Positions 53,409 through 64,000 of a DNA stretch of 64,000 nucleotides are shown here, piece by piece; position 1 is the stretch's first letter; every line of letters begins with the position of its first letter. The DNA comes from Eledone cirrhosa. Taxonomy: Eukaryota. Both the position numbers and the translations under genes were made by a program. The notes under the pieces were generated by a model. It saw only the letters and a program-made list of their open reading frames with translations, searched no databases and was not told the DNA's origin. The stretch is from assembly GCA_964016885.1 (NCBI GenBank), contig OZ024741.1, forward strand, positions 89,156,001 through 89,220,000, given 5' to 3'.

Positions 53409-56400
53409 ATGGCCAATATAAGAGTTGGATGTGTGAACGTACGCGGCCTGGGGATGCCCTGGAAACAGGGCAAACTCTTAAACGACCTCAGGTCGCACAG
53501 TATGGATGTGGTAGCCATTTGCGAGTCCAGGATCCACAGCGAGCGACAGCTGGCCCCCATCTTCGATGACTTTGAGATCTACGCATCTCTCTGTCAACCC
53601 GGGGGTGGGGGCGGAGTTGCCGTTTTGCTGCGGAAACACCTGAGCCTTGTAACAGACGGTACATCTGGACCCGGAGGGTCGACTGGTGGTCCTAGACGTT
53701 GACGGTAGTGAAGGTGGAGCCTTCAGGCTGGTGGCCGCATATGCCCTATCCGGGACACCGCGGCCAGACTTCTTCAAAAGTCTAGAGACTTTTCTGGGAA
53801 CGTCCCGCTCCTTGCTTTTAGTGGGGGACTGGAATAGAATCCTAGATGCACGCTGGGACTATGTGGGAGCATGTCCGATAAAGGGGGGTGTAACAGCCTC
53901 AAACAGTTAATCGACCGATTTGACCTGGCCGATAGATATCGACTAGATTTTCCGACTGCGCCACTGTGGACGTGGAGTAATCGTAGCGGAACATCTAGAT
54001 CGTACCTAGATAGGGTTCTAGTTAGAAATAAGGATAGGGACATGTTAAGCTGTCCACAAATGTTCATGGTTGCCTATTCAGATCACAAACTAGTGACCTG
54101 CATGGCCAACCTTGATAGAACCCATAGACAAGGACCCGGCTACTGGAAGCTGAACTTGTCGTTACCGACAAGCAAAGCCTACAGTAGACGGATTAGCACT
54201 TTAGTTAAACAGCACTTGACAGCGGCCATTGTCAACAACAGATGGTGGTACTCTCTCAAGAGGGAAGTTAGATTAGACTCGTTAGTTTTTAGTAAAGAAT
54301 TAGCGTTAGATAGAAATAGAACCGAGAAGGAACTGGTAGATAAAGTAGAAGAGGCAATTAGAAGTGGCAACGTAGCCAGCGTGCTAGCAACGAGACCGGC
54401 CTTGGACCAGTTCTTCGACGCAAAGCACGAGGGCTGCGTTGTCGGAAGCAAAATACGTGCTCTGGGAAACGAGGGAGCCAAAGCTATTAGCTGGGCCCGA
54501 GTGACGGAGGCAAAAAGTGGCAACAAGTCCACGATTCGGTCTTTGAAGGACCAAAACGGACGCGTGATACGTGAGCCGAAGCAGATGTGTGCGGCCTTTC
54601 AGCGGCACTTTGCTCAACTGTTCGGGCGGGGCGGCGCGCCGGGAGGGGCTATGGATTTCGGTCCATACCTCGACGGCCTACCGCGACTCTCGGACAGCGA
54701 GGCAAAATTCTGCGAAAAGCCGATTTCAGCCGCTGAAATAGGGGACGCGCTGAGCCAATGCGGCAAACGCAAATCTCCAGGTCTCGACGGTCTACCCTAC
54801 GAATTTTACGTAGCAATGCCGGACTTATTCTCCGGTCTCCTGGAAGCGGTCTACTGCAACTGGCAACAGAACGGGAGAATTCCCAGTTCTGTAACCGGGG
54901 GCGTGGTCACACTAATCAGGAAGGACGAGAATAAGGGGGATGACGTAGGCAACTTCCGGCCCATAACTCTGCTAAACACAGAGTTACAGATTTTGGCCAA
55001 GGTGTTGGCAAAGAGGCTGGCGCTTGTCGTCGAGAACCTGGTGGGAGAAGCGCAGACATGCGCAATCCCGACCAGGTCCATACACGACAACCTCCACCTC
55101 ATGCGATACATCATAGAGAGGGTAGGGTGTAAACCCGGCTTCCGTGGGGCCCTGATCAACCTTGGATCAGTCTAAGGCTTTCGATAGGGTTGACCATCGT
55201 TACCTGGATGCGGTGCTCGAGGCGGCAGGCTTCGGACCCGTGTTCAGGGGCTGGATTGCTGCAATGCACAACAGCAACATCTGCTCAAGGGTCAAGGTGA
55301 ACGGCTACCTCTCGGAGCCGTTCCATATTACGCGATCCATTCGACAGGGATGCCCTCTCTCCTCCCTTCTGTACGTACTGACTCTCGAGCCACTAGTGCG
55401 GAAGTTGGAGCTATTGCAGGGCATCCCTCTGGAACCGGGACTGCGGAAAGCGGCGTCGGCCTACGCCGGCGACGTGACAGTAATGGTGTCGAGCGCCTCG
55501 CAAATCGAGGAAGTCGGCACCTTACTGAAGGAATACGAAAGTTTCACAGGAGCGAAGCTGAACCGGGACAAGTCCATCGGTTTGCAACTCGGATCGTGGA
55601 GAGGCAAACCGATGCCTTCCGATGGCGTCGTCGGACGCTGGATGGAAGGACCGGTAAAGCTGCTCGGGGTCTGGTTCGGTCCGGACCTCCAGGTGGAGAA
55701 GAACTGGAACGAAGTGACGGCCAAGGTGTTTGCACTCACCCAGAAGTGGGCCGAGTGCAAACTATCCTTGAAAGGTCGAGCGGAGGTGGTGAACACTTTT
55801 ATAGCGTCCGCCATCTACTACCGCTTGACCGTCGTGCCTTGTCCAGCCAAAACGCTCGCCAAAATGGAGCGCGCGCTCTTCCAATTCCTTTGGAAGAGGC
55901 GGGCTCCTTTGGTGAGAAGATCCATCTGCTGCCACCACCCTTCAAACGGAGGGCTGGGGATGCCGTGGTTGACGATGCGCAAACACGCGCTCAGGCTGCG
56001 GTATCTCTACGTATTCCTCACCGGACAACCGGTGTGGGCCCCGTTCGTGAGGCGAGCCTTCCCACGACTCGTCTCGCTGACCGAGCTGCAGTCCTGGGTC
56101 AAGCAAAGACCGAGGAAAATGGGCGACTGGCACATCGAATGTGATCAGGCGCTCACAGCCCTCTGGCAGGCGGACCCGGCGATCAGTGGAGACTCCACTT
56201 CGTCATTCTATAGAGGGTTGATCCGCAGCAAGTGCGACGACGCGCTCGGTGAAACTCTAGGCGTAGAGGAAGTTGAACTGGCCAGTCTGTTTGGTAGGAC
56301 CTTCCGCCCGGGACCGATGGACAACTTCCAAAAGTCCCTGGCCTGGCAGTGCTACCGAGGAGCTCTACCAGTTCGAGACAAGCTCTACAGACATGGGCGC

Positions 56401-56842
56401 CCGGGCAGGGACCCTGCAAAAAAGATCTGTCCGAGGTGCATGCGAGACGAAGAAACCGTCGTGCACGCATTCATACACTGCCCGGGCGTCACTGACCTGT
56501 GGGGCTATGTAGAACGACTATTGTCGCGGGTGGGACCAATCCGGTTGACCACCGAGTCCATTGTCATGATCAAACCGCCACCCTCCTTCAAAAACGAAGG
56601 AGAGGCGGTTTTCCTTTGTATGATAGCTATGGCGAAAGAGGTTGTATGGTGGACAAGGTTGAAAGGGCTGAGGTCAGACACCTTTCTCTCCGGCCAACAA
56701 CTGATTCTTTTTTTCAAATACCACTTTGGAAGAAGAATCAGGATGAAGAGAGAGGTGCTAACCCAGCAAGTTTTATGAAAGGTGGGTGAAAGTGGCGAGA
56801 ATGGCCCGAGTGAATGGGCCTTCTCTCTATATCAGCCTGTAG
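53409..56842 (+). pseudogene. LINE ORF2p (APE-RT), disrupted
   Basis: Frameshifts near 53655, 53880, 55160 and 56760; catalytic YADD mutated to YAGD. Confidence 0.92.
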
Positions 56843-57627
56843 GTTGAGGAAAAGGAGGAGGAGAGGAAAGGAGTATAAACTCTTCGTACTCCTGGAGATG
56901 AGGGTGGCACATTTTTTCGGGGGTATGTGTTACCCATATAAACTGTCTCTCTCTATTGGGGAAAATCGACTAACTTTTTAAATTGCATTTGTGATAACAT
57001 TTTACACGTTTTTATTGTATGTAAACTTCCCCCTTTGTATTTGTCCCCTTCTTTTGTGCCCCTGTGGCTAATAAAGAAATATATCTATCTATCTATCTGC
57101 GTATCTATCTGCTATTCTACCTAACTACATGTCTATCTTCCAATCTATCTCTGTATGCCAGTCTATCTCTTTATCTGTCTGTCTATCTGCCATTCTAACT
57201 ATTGGCAGTTTATATGTCTGCCAGTCTGTCTTCACTATCTCTGTATCAATTCGTCTGTCAGTTTATATATATATATGCAAATATGTCGTCTCATTGTCAA
57301 TTTATCTCGATTTGTCACTCTCTATCTACTAGCTAGACTGTCTGTCTGTCTGCTAGCCTATTTTGGCAGTCGTTCTTAGAGAATTTCACAATGTTAGAAA
57401 TCATTGTTTTGTAAGATATGTTTTTTTTTTTTGCTTCTGTTATAACTGTTGCTATTGGCGGCGTCGTTGTGCTTGTTTTTATTGATATCTTCATTTGGAG
57501 TCGTTGTTGTTGTACGCACCGTCATTCATTTTAATAAAAAATAAAATAAAAAGAGAACGCTTTGCACGTGATGGCTACATGACACCAACCCCATCCTTCC
57601 ATACCCTTGTTTGTTTGTTTGACTGTA

Positions 57628-57707
<80 letters not shown>

Positions 57708-58683
57708 GAGTTTATGTTGGTTATATTTCAGTGACAGCCATCTTTGGCTGTGACCTCTTCAGGCAGTTTGAATTAGTATGGTATAGACAAGTACATATGT
57801 TATTTAGGTGTATGATATTGTCAATACTCTGATATGCCCAGTTCCTTGTTGGGTTGTTAATTCACTGGGGAACTGGAGTCATATGAATTCAAACAAACGA
57901 ATTTTCGTGTCACAGGTCCCCTTCTCCTCTCATTGGTCAGTTATTAGAACATTCCTCATTCTAAGTGTTGTTATTGTTGGAGTTAGCTTAAAAATTGATA
58001 AAATGGTAGAAGGGACAAGGTGTTAAAGGAACAAAATAACAAAAAAAGTGTCAAACTTCCCATTGTTCAGTTCTGAGAGCATTCCTCAGTCAGAAGTCTA
58101 TAGAATTCTTTCTGGGGTGAGGCTCCCTGTAGTGTTTTTGCCTGCTATTGTTCAGTACATTTGACCTCCACCATTATTTTGGTACTGTTGTTGTTGTAGT
58201 GGTCAGCTTATATCTTGCTGCTGCTAACAATGTAGAAGTATCCAGTTTGTGTATTTTCTTCATCCCTCCCGCCACCATCGTAGTGGTGGTGGTGGTGGGG
58301 GGGGTTCTTTCATGTATATGAAGAAATATAAGGCAATAAATGAAGAAAACAGAAAATAAATAAATAATATAATAAAATAAAATAATTAATATAATTTGTG
58401 TAATTTGAAAATAAATAAATAAATAGAGAATAAAGAATAAAGAGTAAATGAGAGATTGGTGAAAAAGTAATGATAATGTATATGGAGAAGTGAGAAATAA
58501 TGTAGGATAAAGTGTGTGTGTGTGTGCTATAACCAATCTCAAGGTCAGAATATGTTGGATAGATTGGTATGATACAAGATGTTAAGATGAGATATTCAAT
58601 GTGTTTGTGTTATAATCTATCTCAACTTAAAATAAATATAAGGTGATACAGTGAAGAGGGCAGAAAACAAATAACAAATTAAT

Positions 58684-58877
58684 TGTTTCTACTTTAGGCA
58701 CAAGGCCAGCAAATTACCCAGTGCATTACTGGTACTTTATTTTATCGACCCCGTAAGGATGAAAGGCAAAGTCAACCTCGGCGGGATTTGAACTCAGATC
58801 ATAAAGGGACGTAACTATGCTGGAAAGCATGGCGTCCGACCCTCTACCGATACTGCCAATCCACCACCCTAATAAAT
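58684..58877 (-). mobile_element. Meta-like tRNA SINE with 18-bp TSD, in one arm of the Penelope inverted repeat
   Basis: TSD AACAAATAACAAATTAAT at 58666-58683 and 58878-58895. Empty site at ~62615-62632. Confidence 0.92.
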
Positions 58878-59214
58878 AACAAATAACAAATTAATAAAGA
58901 GAAATCAAGATTTAAGATTGGAACTTGAAAGTCAGAAATCTGGTAAATTAAAAGTGTTTGTGTTATAGATGTTGGCCAAATTATTATGGCTGTGTCCGAT
59001 TCTATCTCTAGGCTATCATGGTGTCTGCTCCGCCTGGGTTGTTCCCTGTGGCTTGAGGGGAGTTCACAACCTAGGGTGTTGTTATTGCCCATATAGCTTG
59101 AGGGAGGTCTGGCCGAGAGGTGTTTTCATGTTCTGTAGAAGTCCCTATAGCTTGAGGGGAGTTCACATCTTCTTGTGTTGCTACTGTCCATATATTTTGA
59201 GAAAGGTCCCGGCT

Positions 59215-61862
59215 CTAAGGTGTCTGCATGTCCCATGTCCTGAAGAAGTCGGTTCTGAGGTTTATCAGGCCGCTTCCACCTCTTAGTATCTCGAGGGTCT
59301 CGTTCAGGCATAGTTTGCATATGCAAGATCCCCCTTTATCGGGTGGTACTTTCCTGATTATGTACCAGGCCAGAGAGTATGGGGTCCTGTCCAGCTTAAG
59401 CTTCCAGATCAGGTCGGAGAGAGCTGTGCTTTTCCTTTTCGCCTCCTTCTTGAATGAATGGCGATGGTTGTACCAGCGGTCCTTAAAGCTCGTTGATGTG
59501 GCTCCTATGTAGAGGTGTTCGGAGTTGGGGGTTTTAACCCTACAACCGTACACTAAGTTCTTCTTGAGACATTCATTACCAAGGGGGCATGATTCGGGGT
59601 TTCTGCAGTTGCAGAGGGTGGTCGGCCTCTGCGTGCCTAGATTAGGGTTCTCATTATGTGTTACATGTTGGTCTTCCCCCATGCTCGGTGGGGGGTCCTT
59701 GGGTCTGTTTGTGTTTCTTGGGTGGGCTCTGGGTCCCCCCTTCCCTCCTTTCACATGGTTCTGCTGAGTGTTTGTATTGCCATCTTCTGGTTGTGTGTGG
59801 TTTTTAAGCCTACTTCTGTTGATGCTAGCTATGTGTTAGGCCAAATTTCTCGTGGTGGAATACGAAAGCTTCACAGTGTGTCTGTTGAAGATCCTGTGGT
59901 ATCTGTGGTCCCTCGGGAAGCATTTGTCAAGTGCTCCAAAGAATAATCGGGCCAAGCTTTTCTTTAGGGCCGCTGAGTAGGGTGGGTTGTACCACGTGAT
60001 TTGTCGGTGTCTTCTCCTATATGTGTGGGTTGGGGGCTTCGTGATTTGTTGGAGATTTGTTGGGTTGCTGGTGGTTTACGCACTGTTGCTTCCCTTTTGG
60101 GCTCTATACTTTTTGTTATCTTCGCGGCCCGGATTTGTGGGGTGGTTGTTGTCCGCCCCAGGAGATCCATCGTGGGGTGGTCGCCCGTTCCCCCCCACCC
60201 ACGTTTCCTGCGGTTGGGGTTGTCCATCCTGGGGTAGTTAGCGTCACGCCTGAGACTGCTACTCATATTGTGCTCCATCTCGTGGTCAAGCGCACTAGTC
60301 CCCACCACCCGTGTGGTGGTGTCTGGTACATGGTGCCTATTTGATTCTGTTCTGCCTGTATTGTTAGGGTTCGCCCTCCCCCCTCTGGCAACGCGGTTGT
60401 GGGTGTCTGTTGGGCTATCCACCTCCCGGCTTTTCGGACTATATGTTATATTTTTTCCATGTGCCGCCTTTAGAGCTACGTTGTAATATTCCGCGTGGTT
60501 GTTGAATATTTCCTTACTTGCGGACAGGCTGGAGATCCTGTCCGAGACACTCTTCACCACTGCCTTGGTTATGGATCTAGGGTGGTTTGATTTGGCGTTA
60601 ACATATACGAGTTTCTCGTTGGGCTTGTGGTAGGGGTAGTATTGCTCGGTGTTCAGGTTTAGGGTGGTGTCTAGGAAGTTAACTACCTTCCTATTTGGGT
60701 CTATTTCTATGCTGAGCCCCTGGTTCTTAAAGAAATGGCGAATACGCCTCCTCATACCCTCCAACATATTGGTGCTGTGGTCATGTACTGTGAATAGAGC
60801 ATCGTCACGATATAATCCGCCGCCCAGGCAGGGGATTTCATCTTTTATCTGCTTCAGCAGGTAGAGCCCAACCAGGTCCGTTACCTGCGCTGAGTCGCTG
60901 GAGCCCATCGTGATGTCAAAGTTATTTGGCCAATCACTCCTGGTCCAAAGGTCTCCATCGAAGCGGATTAAGGTCTTTCTTGCGGCGTGGATGATGCTCA
61001 CCTCCTCTCGGGTTAGGTCCGTATTGGACATCGCTAAAAATAGGGCCTTATTAAGTACTATGAGTGAGATTGAGGAGTAGTAGCTTGCGATGTCCAGTTG
61101 TATAAAGCTGGTCCTACTTTTCTCATGCAGTATTTTGAACCATTCTATTACTTCTCTCGTGCATGACCATTGCTGTAATTTGGTTTTCTTCCGAAGCTTG
61201 GGCAAAATCCTATCCAGTATTCTTTTACTGACGATCCCTAGGTCAGATCTGGAGGGGGCTATTAGTCTGACAGGGAGGTCGGACTCAAAGTTTGACTTGT
61301 GGTCTTTAAGGGTAATCCGCGGCTCCCTTGGTTGGTATGGGGCCGTCCTGTCCTCTATGCCGATTCTGGATATAATCCTGTAAGCGGTGGCATTGATCTC
61401 ATCCAGGGTAAATCCAGGTGTTTTTTTGTAGCACTTCCTCAGTTCCCTGAGAATTAGCTTATTGTACAGTTCAGTGTTCATGTTGTAGAGGTTGTTTGTT
61501 TTGTCAGCATGGACAAGTATTCCAGTTGTCCCTTTAAGTACTATAATCCGGTTTCTCAGGTGTCTGAGGTACTCCTGACTTCTGGTTGGGTTTCCGGAGA
61601 ATTTGAGGTTGGATATGATGTTAATCATCTCGTTTTCAAACTCCTCCATTAGTCAGTTGTGGGGGGGATTCCTCCTTGATCGAAAAAGGTACTCCATGTT
61701 TTCTGTGTTTGTAGTTTTCTGCGTTCCTCTTTCGAAGTGGAACGCCTTCCATCTCATCCTACGGATGAGGGAGTCCGTACTCTTGATGAGATCACTGGTG
61801 TATTCTCGTTTATCAGGTAGGGGGATGTCCTTCGGTGACGCTAAGGTTGCCAGTTTATCCAT
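59215..61862 (-). pseudogene. Penelope RT + GIY-YIG endonuclease (in-frame stop at 61653, frameshift before WYNPP)
   Basis: RRMRWKAF, ADKTNN, QLDIASYYSSI, MGSSDSAQVTDL, LYRDDAL, YHKP, WYNPPY; CNCRNPESCPLGNEC; LVY..YIG..FKDRW.NH; C.LC..E. Confidence 0.92.
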
Positions 61863-63532
61863 AGTGACTTAGGTCCGCTACTGTTTGAAGCGCTCAACCC
61901 GTGTGGGAGCTAGATAGATTTTGAGTTTATGTTGGCTGTATACCAACACCTCAATATGCAGGCTGGAGCACTCGACGAAGTGCGCAGGTTGGTTTGGTTA
62001 CTCCGGAGTAGTGTAAAATAAAGTTAAATAAAAGTCAAATGATTAAAATTTAGCTTCGTTTATTACTGCTAAAAGGAAAAGCACAGCTCTCTCCGACCTG
62101 ATCTGGAAGCTTAAGCTGGACAGGACCCCATACTCTCTGGCCTGGTACATAATCAGGAAAGTACCACCCGATAAAGGGGGATCTTGCATATGCAAACTAT
62201 GCCTGAACGAGACCCTCGAGATACTAAGAGGTGGAAGCGGCCTGATAAACCTCAGAACCGACTTCTTCGGGACATGGGACATGCAGACACCTTAGAGCCG
62301 GGACCTTTCTCAAAATATATGGACAGTAGCAACACAAGAAGATGTGAACTCCCCTCAAGCTATAGGGACTTCTACAGAACATGAAAACACCTCTCGGCCA
62401 GACCTCCCTCAAGCTATATGGGCAATAACAACACCCTAGGTTGTGAACTCCCCTCAAGCCACAGGGAACAACCCAGGCGGAGCAGACACCATGATAGCCT
62501 AGAGATAGAATCGGACACAGCCATAATAATTTGGCCAACATCTATAACACAAACACTTTTAATTTACCAGATTTCTGACTTTCAAGTTCCAATCTTAAAT
62601 CTTGATTTCTCTTTATTAATTTGTTATTTGTTTTCTGCCCTCTTCACTGTATCACCTTATATTTATTTTAAGTTGAGATAGATTATAACACAAACACATT
62701 GAATATCTCATCTTAACATCTTGTATCATACCAATCTATCCAACATATTCTGACCTTGAGATTGGTTATAGCACACACACACACACTTTATCCTACATTA
62801 TTTCTCACTTCTCCATATACATTATCATTACTTTTTCACCAATCTCTCATTTACTCTTTATTCTTTATTCTCTATTTATTTATTTATTTTCAAATTACAC
62901 AAATTATATTAATTATTTTATTTTATTATATTATTTATTTATTTTCTGTTTTCTTCATTTATTGCCTTATATTTCTTCATATACATGAAAGACCCCCCCC
63001 CCCCCCACCACCACCACTACGATGGTGGCGGGAGGGATGAAGAAAATACACAAACTGGATACTTCTACATTGTTAGCAGCAGCAAGATATAAGCTGACCA
63101 CTACAACAACAACAGTACCAAAATAATGGTGGAGGTCAAATGTACTGAACAATAGCAGGCAAAAACACTACAGGGAGCCTCACCCCAGAAAGAATTCTAT
63201 AGACTTCTGACTGAGGAATGCTCTCAGAACTGAACAATGGGAAGTTTGACACTTTTTTTGTTATTTTGTTCCTTTAACACCTTGTCCCTTCTACCATTTT
63301 ATCAATTTTTAAGCTAACTCCAACAATAACAACACTTAGAATGAGGAATGTTCTAATAACTGACCAATGAGAAGAGAAGGGGACCTGTGACACGAAAATT
63401 CGTTTGTTTGAATTCATATGACTCCAGTTCCCCAGTGAATTAACAACCCAACAAGGAACTGGGCATATCAGAGTATTGACAATATCATACACCTAAATAA
63501 CATATGTACTTGTCTATACCATACTAATTCAA

Positions 63533-63587
63533 ACTGCCTGAAGAGGTCACAGCCAAAGATGGCTGTCACTGAAATATATATAGCAGT
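63533..63587 (+). ncRNA. Minimal type I hammerhead ribozyme in Penelope pLTR (truncated antisense copy 57723-57768)
   Basis: Identical to 26747-26801. Confidence 0.92.
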
Positions 63588-63656
63588 AATAAACGAAGCT
63601 AAATTTTAATCATTTGACTTTTATTTAACTTTATTTTATATATATATATATATATA

Positions 63657-63707
<51 letters not shown>

Positions 63708-63708
<1 letters not shown>

Positions 63709-63950
63709 TTATGTAATAAACAACTTAAGATAATTATTTCATTTACCAAAGGTTTCAGGAAGACAGACGAGCCTGACACAGACGTCTGGCTTCGGTCGTC
63801 ACATTTCTGACGTGAAATCAGTCAGACGTCTGTGTCAGGCTCGTCTGTCTTCGTGAAACCTTTGGTAAATGAAATAATTATCTTATATTGTTTATTGCAT
63901 AACATAGAGCACTCTCTTTTCCTTTACCTTTCCTACGGAAACACTTCATA
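63708..63950. mobile_element. Foldback element in (TA)n with degenerate hammerhead-like motif
   Basis: Arms ~63708-63788 / 63823-63903 plus extension. CATTT-CTGACGT...GAAA-CCTTTGG-TA-AATG. Confidence 0.65.
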
Positions 63951-64000
63951 TATATATATATTTTTTTTTTTTTTCGGTCGACTTTCGTCAAATCGGGCCG

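Larger units (their letters stand above)
51195..57079 (+). mobile_element. Full-length but inactivated L1/Tx1-clade LINE in (TATC)n
   Basis: 5' UTR hairpin, ORF1, ORF2 and 3' UTR; TATC flanks. Confidence 0.95.
57701..63637 (-). mobile_element. Full-length Penelope-like element (Hydra-clade-like) with 5' pLTR and ~1.57-kb inverted 3' copy, in (TA)n
   Basis: ORF 61862-59215; 3' UTR to 57701; 5' pLTR 62070-61916; inverted repeat 57723-59439 / 62071-~63577, with the right arm extending to 63637. Confidence 0.93.

Noticed and set aside
61653-61655. In-frame TGA in the Penelope ORF as selenocysteine (as in some Naiad PLEs)
   Set aside because: Not at a recognisable Cys position, no SECIS identified, and the copy has other disabling lesions. 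A nonsense mutation is more likely.

Overview
Repeat-saturated, AT-rich eukaryotic non-coding DNA. The SINE families and microsatellite load suggest an octopus or other cephalopod genome (inference). No host protein-coding exon can be supported; most short ORFs are translated microsatellites. Identifiable content: (1) two large Penelope-like retroelements (RT + CxCx5Cx5C linker + GIY-YIG, Hydra-clade-like) sitting in (TA)n, each with a long inverted copy of its 3' end; (2) about ten short foldback elements from several distinct Penelope pLTR families, most carrying type I hammerhead ribozymes, some with variant cores; (3) an L1/Tx1-clade LINE family, with two near-full-length and several truncated copies, inserted in (TATC)n/(GATA)n microsatellites, including a head-to-tail array; (4) decayed mariner transposons (one nested in another), RTE and CR1/L2-like fragments, MITEs, tRNA-derived SINEs and minisatellites. 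The most notable pattern is the hammerhead-bearing asymmetric foldback system. In one family the 5' junction of the full element lies 1-2 nt from the predicted ribozyme cleavage site, and two fixed 3' ends recur in separate insertions. All structures were read by eye; no database search or folding program was run.
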